From Thainema sp. (GTDB lineage Bacteria > Cyanobacteriota > Cyanobacteriia > Phormidesmidales > Phormidesmidaceae), in the NCBI GenBank assembly GCA_052168235.1, contig JBQLZK010000058.1:1-49907 (forward strand): a stretch of DNA of 49,907 nt, read 5' to 3'. The stretch's first letter is position 1. Every line of letters starts with the position of its first letter. Of this stretch, positions 1-9,179 are shown piece after piece. A model generated the notes under the pieces. That model did no database searches. It was given only the letters and a program-made list of their open reading frames with translations, and had not been told where the DNA came from. A program made the translations under genes and the position numbers.

Positions 1-155
1 ACGGTCTCAAATGAGACACCCTTGTCCCAAAACCTCAATTAATCGAGGTTCCCTATAGCGAGACAAATGCAAAAGCTGGTGCAGGTAAAGCAATCGTACA
101 AAAAGTTCCTAAGAAAACTGCTACTGAAACAAAAACTGAAATTTACCAACGCTAC

Positions 156-572
156 TTGCGAAGAAGTGGGTGGCGGTTTTGTGAGCCTTCTCTTTTATGG
201 GATATTCTCGTTGAGCTACAACGACATTTCCCAAATGGTTTTACAAGAGCTGAGGAATTTGAGTATTTAGTTGATCGTTTTGGTCAACGCCATAGTCGCT
301 CACATCTGAGAGCAACGATTTACATTTTGTATCGAATCGGTGCTGTGAGAAAGACAAAGGTACTCCTCACCACTGATATCCCTGTCTCCGAAAGAGTTTT
401 GTCAAAAAAGGTTGATGCCTTATTGATAGAGAGGCTTATTGGGATTTGCAAACTACATCAGTTAGATATAGAGGTAGATAGTATCATTCCACTGCTCACA
501 AATTCCTACACAGCATCACAGGTAGAAACTTTGCTATCTAATGCTCAACTTCAAGCAAACAACGCAACATAA
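156..572 (+). CDS. Hypothetical cassette-borne protein, probably 5'-incomplete or interrupted
   Basis: The frame is open from 15 to 572 with TGA at 12-14 and no ATG. The stop TAA lies inside the R'' box (ACATAAC) of the attC site, as is typical of cassette ORFs. Confidence 0.5.
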   Translation: MRRSGWRFCEPSLLWDILVELQRHFPNGFTRAEEFEYLVDRFGQRHSRSHLRATIYILYRIGAVRKTKVLLTTDIPVSERVLSKKVDALLIERLIGICKLHQLDIEVDSIIPLLTNSYTASQVETLLSNAQLQANNAT

Positions 573-652
573 CAACCCTAGTGCAGCGGATTGACCAAAG
601 CCACTTGGTGAGATGCAAAGACCCCGGCAACCGCTGACTAGGAACGTTAGGC
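567..652 (+). mobile_element. attC: Integron attC recombination site 1
   Basis: R'' ACATAAC (567-573) and R' GTTAGGC (646-652). L boxes CTAGTgCAGCGG / CCGCTGACTAG pair with one extra G. Length 86 bp. Confidence 0.85.
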
Positions 653-1011
653 AGTTAATTGCTCGGATAGATCTCGGTTTGAGGTGTATCTGCAGAATCT
701 ATACGCAGTTAAGCAGAGGCATTTGACTGATACAATGCACTTGACAATCCGTTGGTTGTCGGGTAAGCAGATTAAGGGCTTATCCGGAAACCCTCTCAAA
801 CTCCTAGTAAGTCGTGACCAAATTGGGGTATTCGGATAGGTTCTAAGTCCTGAAAGTTTACAGAATAACACCCAACTTCTGTTATTCGGTTTACGATTAA
901 TCCAGTAACAAAAAGCTAGAAATAGCTATGGTAGTTAGACAACGCTAAGTCCATTTCTTGAGCTATCTTCTAAATAACCAATCTCTGTACCTCTAACTAA
1001 ACAGTTCTCAA

Positions 1012-1341
1012 ATGAATCGTCTTGTTGAATACGAAATCGGTGAAGGCCAAAAGATAATTGTCGAAGTTTCTGAGCCTACTCCAGGCGGTCTAGTACCTGT
1101 GGGCCGAGGTTCTGACACAATAGTTAAGGCTCAGCGTACTCTATCTGACACTCTAGATAATATTCGTCCTGCCGCAGAGGCAATAATTGATAAGTTATCA
1201 GATTTAACAAAACGCCCTGACGAGATTGCTATTGAGTTCGGGGTGAAACTGAGTGCTAATGCAGGAGCAGTACTAGCTGCGGCTAGTGCCGAATGCAACT
1301 TTGTTATCCATTTAACATGGAAAGATAGTGATAATGAGTAA
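1012..1341 (+). CDS. Trypsin-co-occurring domain protein (Trypco1 / CU044_2847-like)
   Basis: 109 aa with the PDEIAIEFGVKLSANAGAVLAAASAECNFVIHLTW signature, directly upstream of a trypsin-domain gene. Confidence 0.85.
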   Translation: MNRLVEYEIGEGQKIIVEVSEPTPGGLVPVGRGSDTIVKAQRTLSDTLDNIRPAAEAIIDKLSDLTKRPDEIAIEFGVKLSANAGAVLAAASAECNFVIHLTWKDSDNE

Positions 1342-1461
1342 AATAAACGATGCGATGATGGATTCTAGATTTCACCAAATTTTGAAGTTCTAAATCATTA
1401 TTTTCATAAGGACTTCACTTTCAAGAAACTGATTAATGTTAATCCTACAGTCAACAGCACT

Positions 1462-4074
1462 ATGGAACGTGAACTGTTAAAGTCGCTTATCTGCGTTTGT
1501 GATGGGAACGGCAATCCAAAAGGAGCCGGTCTTCTCATTGATAGTGAGCACATAATCACTTGCGCGCATGTTGTTGCCCAGTCAGTAGGCTATATACCTG
1601 ATGAAGAAACATACTTAGGCCGAGAACTAGAAATCATCCTTTTTGCTGACGGGAAGCCTTCCGCTACGACCGCTGAAGTTGTATCTATGTTTCCTCAAAG
1701 TAATGTTGACTTCGCTGGGCTAAAGCTGAAGATAGCAAATCTTGAGGATTCTTTTTCCAATAAACTTTTGGGTGATACAAACCTCACTAATCATTCGTTG
1801 AGAGTATACGGGTTTCCAAACAATTATGATAATGGTGTTTGGTCTTACGGTGTTGTTCGAGGGGTACAAACAGATGGCTTATTACAAATAGAAAGCAATA
1901 TAAACGCTGCATACCTTATAAAAGGTGGCTTTAGTGGTTCACCTGTATGGGACGATGAGTTAGGGGGGTGGATTGGAATTGTCAATCAAGCAGATTTCCT
2001 CCCAGAAGGTCGTGGTGCGACAGTTGTTCCAGCGTCAGTGTTATATCAATGTTGGTCTGAAGTTCTCTGCCTGACAGCCACGCCAGAACCACAATATTTA
2101 TCTGATTTAGTAGATAGATTTAAGTTAACTGCAGGAATTATTGCTTATGTCCCTCCAAAAATTGAGATTACTGTAAAGACAAGGAAGCCTCAGCCTCATA
2201 TTGCAGAAGGTATCAAGTGGGATAGTGAATTCGACGATTCAAAAGATACTGCTCGAACTGATGATGCATATAAGACGAAAGAAATCAAAACAGGTCTTTC
2301 CGATGTTCTTCGCTCGTATCCTCGCTTTGTTCTCTTAGGAGAACTAGGTTCAGGCAAGAGCACATCTCTGCATTATGAGATTATTCAACTAGCTGAAAAT
2401 CGGCTGAAAAATGGAACTGGCCCAATTCCATTATTAGTCGATCTATCAGAAGAATGGATTATTCCTGAAAATGACGAGACTAATAGAAGCTATCAAAATG
2501 GCTTCAGAAATTTACTAGAAAGGAATTGGAATCTAGATATTGAACTTAATGAAGCATTATCTAGCGCAAGAGTTATCGTTTTTTTAGATGGGCTAAATGA
2601 AATGGGGGCTGCGAGTTCCCAAAAGGTTAGAGCTCTAAAAAAATGGCTTTTTGAGGATAGCTCTCCAAAATATGTAGTTATTGCCTGCCGTGAATCCTCT
2701 TATGAGGAGGATTTAAATCTTGGTTTACCCACAGCTTCGCTTAGTCAGCTGAGCTCAAATAATTGGGAGAAAATCTCAAATAATCTAATTAGCTACTTCA
2801 ACATTACTCAGCCAAGCCAGCTTCAGACAGAAGATTTTTTATCTGCTGTCCGGAACAAAAATAACTTAAGCGAGATTTTAGACAGAAAGCCTTACTTTAC
2901 CGCGCGACTCTTGAATATATGGATCAGAGGAAAAGAACTTCCTGAATCTGAAGCTCTTATCTTAGATGACTTTATAAGTGTCATTTGGAAAAGAGAGACT
3001 GAACAGCAACTTGACCTACCAAAACTTTCGGTCCTTAAAAAATTGCTAGGCAATCTGGCGACATTGTTAATTCTTCAGCAAAAAGATGGCGTTGACTATA
3101 ACAATCTAGCTAGATCGTCAACTGGAACACTTGGGTTTTTATTTAGACGTAATGACCTTGATAGACTTTATGTTGTAGCAAAAGCAGCTAAACGTGCTGA
3201 CTTAATACAAGAAGAAAACAGCCGATATCGTTTTCACGATAAATTCCTTGAGAATTATTTTGCGGCGGTACATATGCTTGAAAATCCTGATTCAGCAATT
3301 CCTAGAGCTGAAGACAAGAGTGTTGATAAAAGCATGTGGCAAGATGCAGTCAATTATTTCTATCAACTCTTAGGCACTGATAGTAGGGCAACGAATATAC
3401 TCCGGAAAGTTGTAAAACGTAATCCATCAATAGCTGTAGATTTTGTTGTTGAATCCGGTTTTCAAAGACAATACGTAAATGTTGTGACAGATAGTTTAGT
3501 TGATTATTTTCATGAAAATAGAGCAGTTTCCTCTGCTGAAGCTTCATCGGTAACAGCGTTAAATAAACTTAAAAATCATTCTCATCCATACATATCATTA
3601 GCCCTTAGAAATAGCCAGGATGATAGCTTAAAGACATTAAGCACAATCATACTGTGCGAAAAGCTTAAAGTAATAGAGGCAATTCCTACACTTAAAAATA
3701 TTATAAAAGATGAAAAGAAATATAAGGATCAGATAAACGTCATAAAATATCGACGTGGATCGGTGACGAGAAAACGTAATAGAGAAATATTAGAATTGAT
3801 TGGAGGAATTGGAATGCTCGGGCTGGCTACAATCCTTCCGTCACTTTTGTCGGGTCAGCCAATTTCATCAGAAAAAATTTCTAAAGAGGCTTCTGAACTC
3901 TTCTCAAAATCTCCAGGGCTTAAGATGGCTTTTGGTGCAACGGCCAGTGAAGTTTTTGACGGAGAAAAACAAAAAGGTGCTATTGATGATGAGCTTAGAG
4001 AGCTTTATACTGCGATTCAAGTAGTTGAAAAAGCTAAATCGACTGTCAAATTTTTAGAGAGAATAAAAGATTAG
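1462..4074 (+). CDS. Trypsin-like serine protease fused to a NACHT (STAND) NTPase with a helical C-terminus
   Basis: Catalytic triad motifs ITCAHVV, VDFAGL and GFSGSPVW. Walker A GELGSGKST, Walker B VIVFLDGLNE, winged-helix YRFHDKFLENYFAA. Hydrophobic segment near the C-terminus. Confidence 0.88.
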   Translation: MERELLKSLICVCDGNGNPKGAGLLIDSEHIITCAHVVAQSVGYIPDEETYLGRELEIILFADGKPSATTAEVVSMFPQSNVDFAGLKLKIANLEDSFSNKLLGDTNLTNHSLRVYGFPNNYDNGVWSYGVVRGVQTDGLLQIESNINAAYLIKGGFSGSPVWDDELGGWIGIVNQADFLPEGRGATVVPASVLYQCWSEVLCLTATPEPQYLSDLVDRFKLTAGIIAYVPPKIEITVKTRKPQPHIAEGIKWDSEFDDSKDTARTDDAYKTKEIKTGLSDVLRSYPRFVLLGELGSGKSTSLHYEIIQLAENRLKNGTGPIPLLVDLSEEWIIPENDETNRSYQNGFRNLLERNWNLDIELNEALSSARVIVFLDGLNEMGAASSQKVRALKKWLFEDSSPKYVVIACRESSYEEDLNLGLPTASLSQLSSNNWEKISNNLISYFNITQPSQLQTEDFLSAVRNKNNLSEILDRKPYFTARLLNIWIRGKELPESEALILDDFISVIWKRETEQQLDLPKLSVLKKLLGNLATLLILQQKDGVDYNNLARSSTGTLGFLFRRNDLDRLYVVAKAAKRADLIQEENSRYRFHDKFLENYFAAVHMLENPDSAIPRAEDKSVDKSMWQDAVNYFYQLLGTDSRATNILRKVVKRNPSIAVDFVVESGFQRQYVNVVTDSLVDYFHENRAVSSAEASSVTALNKLKNHSHPYISLALRNSQDDSLKTLSTIILCEKLKVIEAIPTLKNIIKDEKKYKDQINVIKYRRGSVTRKRNREILELIGGIGMLGLATILPSLLSGQPISSEKISKEASELFSKSPGLKMAFGATASEVFDGEKQKGAIDDELRELYTAIQVVEKAKSTVKFLERIKD

Positions 4075-4082
4075 AGGTTTTT

Positions 4083-4113
4083 TTCAAGAGTTATCGGGAC
4101 AGAGTACTCTTGA
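4083..4113. terminator. Stem-loop after the trypsin-NACHT gene
   Basis: TTCAAGAGT...ACTCTTGAA inverted repeat just after stop 4074, between convergent ORFs. Confidence 0.4.
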
Positions 4114-4211
4114 AACGCCTTGTGAATCGCCGTAGGCACCTGAATCGTGCGACCTGAATGACCTAAAAGAGAAAGCTGTTGTTGCCCCTGCATGAATCTA
4201 AAGAACTGCCA

Positions 4212-4454
4212 TCAAAACTGCTGCCCATCGCCTGACGCCTCAACCACCAGGACATAACTGTGAATGAGCGCTGATAAGACCACCCGTTTCGGGCCACGAG
4301 CTAATACCCCTCCACTGCCATCGAAACGCCGTAACTCGTAGACTCGCGAATCACGCGCATAGCTGAGATTGAGTAGCCCGTGGTGCGTCTGAGCAATGCC
4401 GACTTCCCCATACCGCCGTGCCGCCCTTAAATCCGCCTCAGCGGCCCTCAGCAA
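4212..4454 (-). CDS. Small hypothetical protein or gene remnant in a GC-richer patch
   Basis: 80 aa ORF with a TTG start in a segment visibly more GC-rich than its neighbours. Upstream ATGs are out of frame. Confidence 0.25.
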   Translation of the reverse strand: MLRAAEADLRAARRYGEVGIAQTHHGLLNLSYARDSRVYELRRFDGSGGVLARGPKRVVLSALIHSYVLVVEASGDGQQF

Positions 4455-4589
4455 CGCCTCTCGTAGCGATCGCGGTAAGTGCGATCACCGATCCTGTAAG
4501 GTGCGTTCCCCACTGGTACTCCTATCACCCTGTCGATAGATATTCGGGAACGTACCATGCTCATAAATTCTTTGAGGCAAGTAGTCACA

Positions 4590-4678
4590 GCCTAACAACG
4601 CCCATGCACACCGACCGCCGAGAGTTGATCAGTTAAGGTACGATGCTTACCTGCGGCGGGTGATGGGCAACGTTGTGC
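4590..4678 (+). mobile_element. attC: Integron attC recombination site 2
   Basis: R'' GCCTAAC (4590-4596) is the exact complement of the preceding R' GTTAGGC. GCCCATgCAC / GTGATGGGC pair with an extra G. R' GTTGTGC (4672-4678). Confidence 0.87.
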
Positions 4679-4801
4679 TGCTTAATTCTCCAGATCAATA
4701 CTTCATTCGTTGCTTGGGGCATCTAGGTCATTTGTTGTGTGCATTGAATTTCGTTAGGTATTTGCTTAATTCTTTAAGATACTATTGAAACTAAAAGAGC
4801 T

Positions 4802-5272
4802 ATGGATGCCACAATAGCAGGTTTAATTGGTGCTGCAATTGGTGCAGTGGCTGGAATGGCTGGAACACTGATTACAACCTATCTATAAGCAAAACAAGAG
4901 CATACAAGATGGATACGTGATAAGCGTGTAGAGGCATATTCAAATACAGTCAGGTATTTAGTCAGGGCACTAAATAAACGATCAAGTCTTGTTATTGAGG
5001 GTGGCACTCTTACAAGTGTGATGGGCAAGGATGTAATAAAGGAATGGTTTGATGATTTGAGCGAAATATTGGTTTGGCTATCGGCTGTGTCTATATACTG
5101 TTCAAAAAGTCAGCAATCGAGAATTGCCCATGCTACTCAGGTAGTTAACAAAGCGGTGTGTGATTTTGTTAATTCTGGTTCAGTAACTTCTGATCTTCAA
5201 AATGTGATTTCATCTGCACTGGGTATTGTAGAAGAATGTGTGCGGCAAGATATAGGCAGAGCAGTTAAGTGA
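4802..5272 (+). pseudogene. Membrane-anchored cassette protein interrupted by a nonsense codon
   Basis: ATG 4802 gives MDATIAGLIGAAIGAVAGMAGTLITTYL, then TAA at 4886-4888. The same frame then stays open into ORF 5018-5272. Confidence 0.7.
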
Positions 5273-5365
5273 GGCGATCTGTGTCTGAACCTCATATCAG
5301 AATCGACCAAATAATCTTAGGATATAATGACCGTAAAGGCTGGTAGCCGTTTGGCTGTATTTGTT

Positions 5366-5590
5366 ATGGCATTGACATCTCGTGTTGTTCATAGCGACCC
5401 TGACATTCTGGGGGGAACTCCGGTTTTTGTTGGAACTCGTGTGCCAATGAGAACCTTACTTGATTATCTTGAGGCTGGGGATTCATTGGAAGTATTTCTA
5501 GACCATTTTCCCAGTGTCAGTCGGGAACAGGCGATCGCAGCCCTTGAATTAGCAAAGGAAATGCTAACAGCCTATGCGAATCCTGCTTGA
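5366..5590 (+). CDS. DUF433 family antitoxin
   Basis: SDPDILGGTPVFVGTRVP...LEVFLDHFPSVSREQ signature. Overlaps the downstream PIN-like gene. ATG 5366 preferred over 5327. Confidence 0.92.
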   Translation: MALTSRVVHSDPDILGGTPVFVGTRVPMRTLLDYLEAGDSLEVFLDHFPSVSREQAIAALELAKEMLTAYANPA

Positions 5591-5900
5591 CGAATGTGCC
5601 CCACGACCTTTGAAGCGTGAACTTACCGATTACGAGATACGCACAGTCGTCGAAATGGGATGGTCAGGGAAAAAGAACGGTGAATTGCTAAAGCTTATGA
5701 GCCAAGAGGGTTTCACGATCCTGCTGACGACCGATCAAAATTTGCGCTATCAGCAAAATCTACAGCAAACTGGAGTAGCAGTCGTCGTCCTTGTAGCACC
5801 CAGCAACAAGCTATCTGACTTACTTCCACTGATACCAGATGCTCGAAACGTTTTGAATACCATTGCTCCAGGAGAAGTGATTGAGGTTGGCGGTTCTTAA
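5574..5900 (+). CDS. DUF5615 family PIN-like toxin (VapC45-like)
   Basis: MRILLDEC...NGELL...LLTTDQNL motifs. Canonical partner of DUF433. Confidence 0.9.
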   Translation: MRILLDECAPRPLKRELTDYEIRTVVEMGWSGKKNGELLKLMSQEGFTILLTTDQNLRYQQNLQQTGVAVVVLVAPSNKLSDLLPLIPDARNVLNTIAPGEVIEVGGS

Positions 5901-5919
5901 AAGTCGAGTAGGCGACGCA

Positions 5920-6005
5920 GCACAATAACCCCAATGCACCCGACCGTTGAGAGGTTATCTGCTGGAGTTCTAGGCTGTTAGCGGGGGTGATTGGGAGTGT
6001 TATGC
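5920..6005 (+). mobile_element. attC: Integron attC recombination site 3 (R'' mutated AAC>AAT)
   Basis: GCAGCACAAT (5917-5926) complements GTTGTGCTGC (4672-4681) at 9/10 positions. CCCAATgCACCC / GGGTGATTGGG pair with an extra G. R' GTTATGC (5999-6005). Confidence 0.8.
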
Positions 6006-6071
6006 TGCTCAGATCCGTGTAGTAGCATTGCCGGAAGCAATCTACAGGAAGAAGTTAGCCATACTAATCCG

Positions 6072-6353
6072 ATGACACGCTTTAAGGAAAATCTGAAAAC
6101 GTGGTTACGTCTTACCGCAGTAGCGTTTGTAATATTGGTTGTCATTTTCCTGGCGCTGCCATTGCTTTTCCTGCTTCTACGTATACCCTCATTTGAAATT
6201 GGCCAGGGTGTCCTGTGGCTTGTGCGTTGGCAGAATGACTCCAGCGGCAATGGAATTGAGTTTAATTTGGTGCCTTTGTTAATAGTTGCTGCTATTGTTG
6301 GCGTATTAGGTGTACTGGTTAAGCTTCGACGCGATCGCTCCCGGACACCATGA
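6072..6353 (+). CDS. Small protein with two transmembrane helices
   Basis: ATG 6072, two long hydrophobic stretches, follows attC3. Confidence 0.6.
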   Translation: MTRFKENLKTWLRLTAVAFVILVVIFLALPLLFLLLRIPSFEIGQGVLWLVRWQNDSSGNGIEFNLVPLLIVAAIVGVLGVLVKLRRDRSRTP

Positions 6354-6556
6354 CTGAGCAATTGATATTATCCAAACAGCATCCATTAAAGCTCTATTCC
6401 CCTAGTGTAATGATGAATCTTGGTCTCGGTATTGGCTTGGGCGCAGGTATCGGAACTGCCGTAGGTGTAGCAACGGACAACATTGGTATTGGACTTGGCA
6501 TAGGGATTGCGATCGGTATTGCGATCGGACTTCAAGGCGGTAACGGTGGCAGATAG
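6350..6556 (+). CDS. Small glycine-zipper membrane protein
   Basis: GLGIGLGAGIGTAVG...GIGLGIGIAIGIAIG GxxxG repeats. ATGA overlap with the upstream ORF; the start may instead be ATG ~6410. Confidence 0.55.
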   Translation: MTEQLILSKQHPLKLYSPSVMMNLGLGIGLGAGIGTAVGVATDNIGIGLGIGIAIGIAIGLQGGNGGR

Positions 6557-6564
6557 AAATTGAG

Positions 6565-7041
6565 TTAATAGTTTCGCTGCTGATCTTGTTGGCGATATCG
6601 CTGAAACGACGACTGCTGCCGCGACTGCTGAGCCTGCTGCGACGAACGATTGCCCAAATAACCCCCGCTTGCCGGATTACTCTGCCCTTGCTGATCGCTA
6701 GACTGAAGCGATAAGTAATCAAGCTGCACCCAACCTGCTGCCTCGGTCGCTCCCTCAAATTGAATCCGATTCCAGGTTGTACCGCTGTTGCTGCCGACCT
6801 GCTCTAGTACGGTCACGGGGTCGCCGCTGAGGCCAAAGCCGACTCTCGCTGTCCGCGTATCCGGCTTGGGATAAATATTGATTTCCATTTCTGGATCGGG
6901 CGCAACTAAGCTGGCAGGTTGATGGATGGCCTGATTGCTTTGACTGGGTTGAGCCAGAGCGTGAGGAATCGCTAACCCAAACAGCATGAATCCAATCAAC
7001 AAACTAAGAGCAATCTGCCGAAGTATTATCATCTGCGCCAA
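6565..7041 (-). CDS. Secreted bacterial SH3-domain protein
   Basis: Signal peptide, INIYPKPDT...GDPVTVL...WNRIQF...GWV SH3b pattern, Gln-rich tail. Confidence 0.8.
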   Translation of the reverse strand: MAQMIILRQIALSLLIGFMLFGLAIPHALAQPSQSNQAIHQPASLVAPDPEMEINIYPKPDTRTARVGFGLSGDPVTVLEQVGSNSGTTWNRIQFEGATEAAGWVQLDYLSLQSSDQQGQSNPASGGYLGNRSSQQAQQSRQQSSFQRYRQQDQQRNY

Positions 7042-7682
7042 CCTTTTTAAGTTTTTCCAATTCTGCAGCAGCTACCGCTTGCAGTTAATCCTAGACGAGA
7101 CATTTCTATAATCGCCGCTTAATCGCTGCGTTCCACTTGCAAATCTTTTACAAGCTGTAAAAGATTACTTGTTTTTGTGGCTGAATTCAAAGTTCAGACA
7201 TAACATTTTTATTTTGTTTTAAGGATCTTTATTGTGTAGCTAAAAAGCGAATCGAGCTACTGATAAATTTGTCAGTCAGAACCAATCATCATTCTATAAA
7301 ACGTCTGCGATGCCTGTAGTACAAGGCTTATAAGCTGGATTTACTTGTCTCGTATTTGTATGGTCAATCAGAAAACTGGCTGTAGCTAAAGCATCAGTGG
7401 CTTATTTTTCTAACTGCGATCGCAACTTGAGCGAAAAACGGTATTGCTAATCACAAAAATATTTAAGCCGGATTTGTACTGTCAGGAGAAATTATAAAGG
7501 TCTTCGAGAGCCAGTTTGATAAAACGGCTTGGGTTTCCTCGTAGCTGTTGCAAAATCAATGCTATTTAGTCAAGAGAAACTGTCTGATTCAGCACCATTT
7601 ATTCACTCGCTCTCTGTCTAATCCAAAAGACGAACCTGCAAGAACACTCTACCCTCTTTCCGTTTTACGATGGAGATCGTCC

Positions 7683-9125
7683 ATGAGCCAGAGCAACATT
7701 GATATCGAGCTGCAACAGTCACAACAGAAGCCACCCTCTCCTCCGCCCTATACAGGCTGGCAAGCTGCGATCGCAAACTATTTCAGCTTTGACTATTACA
7801 AAACGGGGTTTCGCACCGAAATCCTGGCGGGTCTCACAACGTTCATGACGATGGCCTACGTTTTGGTGGTGCATCCGCTGATTATGTCGGATGCGGTGTT
7901 TCTGTCTGAATCGGGCGACCTGTTTCGGGAACTGGTAGTCGTCACCGGAATTACCGCTGCGATCGGCACTCTGGTCATGGGTCTTTATGCCAAATACCCC
8001 TTTGTTCTGGCTCCCGGTATGGGCACAAACGCCTTCTTTGCCTACTCGGTTGTCCTCGGTTTAGGAATCGACTGGCGAGTGGCGCTGGCCTGCGTTTTGA
8101 TTGAAGGTCTGATCTTCATCGGCCTGACGGTGACCGACATTCGCCGCCATCTAATCACGGCTGTGCCCAACTGCATCAAAGTGTCTACAACCGTTGGTAT
8201 TGGCTTGTTTCTGGCCTATATCGGCCTCGCCAGCAACACCGAAACGGGCGGGGCTGGACTGATTGTTGCCAATGAGGTGACCAAAACAACATTCGGCAGC
8301 TTCCGCGAACCTGCCACCCTACTGGCCACCTTCGGTATCTTCATCTCGGTCATGTTCATGATTCGCCGGATTAAAGGGGCGCTGCTCTGGGGCATTGCTG
8401 GAACGGCCATCCTGGGCTGGATCTTTGGCGTCGCTGCCCCCCCCAGCGGCATTGCTGCTGTCCCGATCTTCCCCAGCAATCTGGTTGGTGCGGCCTTTCA
8501 GGGCTTGGGCGGCATTAATGCGGGCAACATTATTGACTTTCTGGCTGTGCTGCTGGTTTTCCTGTTTGTAGACATGTTTGACACCATCGGCACGCTGATG
8601 GGGGTTGGTACGCAGGCGGGTTACATTGACGAAAATGGGGAACTGCCACGGGCCAATCAGGCTTTGTCAGCAGATGCGATCGCAACCACAGCAGGCGCGA
8701 TTATGGGCACCTCCACCGTCACCACCTTTGCGGAATCGGCCTCTGGCGTCGCGGAAGGTGGCCGCACTGGTCTTACCGCTGTAGTTGCCGCGATTATGTT
8801 CTTAGTAGCGCTGCTGTTCGTCCCGATTTTTGAAGCGATTCCGGCCTTTGCGACAGCTCCGGCGCTGCTAATTGTCGGCGTGCTGATGATGTCGGCAATT
8901 GTTAATATCCGCTGGAGCGATTTGACAGAAGCAATTCCAGCCTTTGTCACCATCTTCTTTATCCCACTCGGCTTTTCAATCGCCGCTGGTCTATCGGCTG
9001 GCCTGATTCTCTACCCCTTCACTAAGCTGGTCAGCGGTCGCACCAGCGAAGTTTCCCTTGTTACCTGGATCTTGGCCGCTATCTTTATTTTCCGCTTTGT
9101 TTTTACCACCATGCGGTTTGGCTAA
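7683..9125 (+). CDS. NCS2/AzgA family nucleobase (guanine/hypoxanthine-type) permease
   Basis: TEILAGLTTFMTMAY, APGMG, DMFDTIGTL and ESASGVAEGGRTGLTA motifs, with many TM helices. ATG 7683 preferred over TTG 7548. Confidence 0.93.
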   Translation: MSQSNIDIELQQSQQKPPSPPPYTGWQAAIANYFSFDYYKTGFRTEILAGLTTFMTMAYVLVVHPLIMSDAVFLSESGDLFRELVVVTGITAAIGTLVMGLYAKYPFVLAPGMGTNAFFAYSVVLGLGIDWRVALACVLIEGLIFIGLTVTDIRRHLITAVPNCIKVSTTVGIGLFLAYIGLASNTETGGAGLIVANEVTKTTFGSFREPATLLATFGIFISVMFMIRRIKGALLWGIAGTAILGWIFGVAAPPSGIAAVPIFPSNLVGAAFQGLGGINAGNIIDFLAVLLVFLFVDMFDTIGTLMGVGTQAGYIDENGELPRANQALSADAIATTAGAIMGTSTVTTFAESASGVAEGGRTGLTAVVAAIMFLVALLFVPIFEAIPAFATAPALLIVGVLMMSAIVNIRWSDLTEAIPAFVTIFFIPLGFSIAAGLSAGLILYPFTKLVSGRTSEVSLVTWILAAIFIFRFVFTTMRFG

Positions 9126-9179
9126 AACAGCTGTCTCTGCGGCGAATTCAAGCCATAATGGGCGATGACTGCATCGGAG

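Noticed and set aside
647..871. Minus-strand 74 aa ORF
   Set aside because: No recognisable features, and it ends in the attC R' box. More likely cassette leader DNA.
7050..7680. Long leader of the NCS2 permease as a riboswitch or NtcA site
   Set aside because: I recognised no purine or guanidine riboswitch consensus. The best GTA-N8-TAC candidate (7441-7454) ends in CAC. An Rfam scan would be needed.
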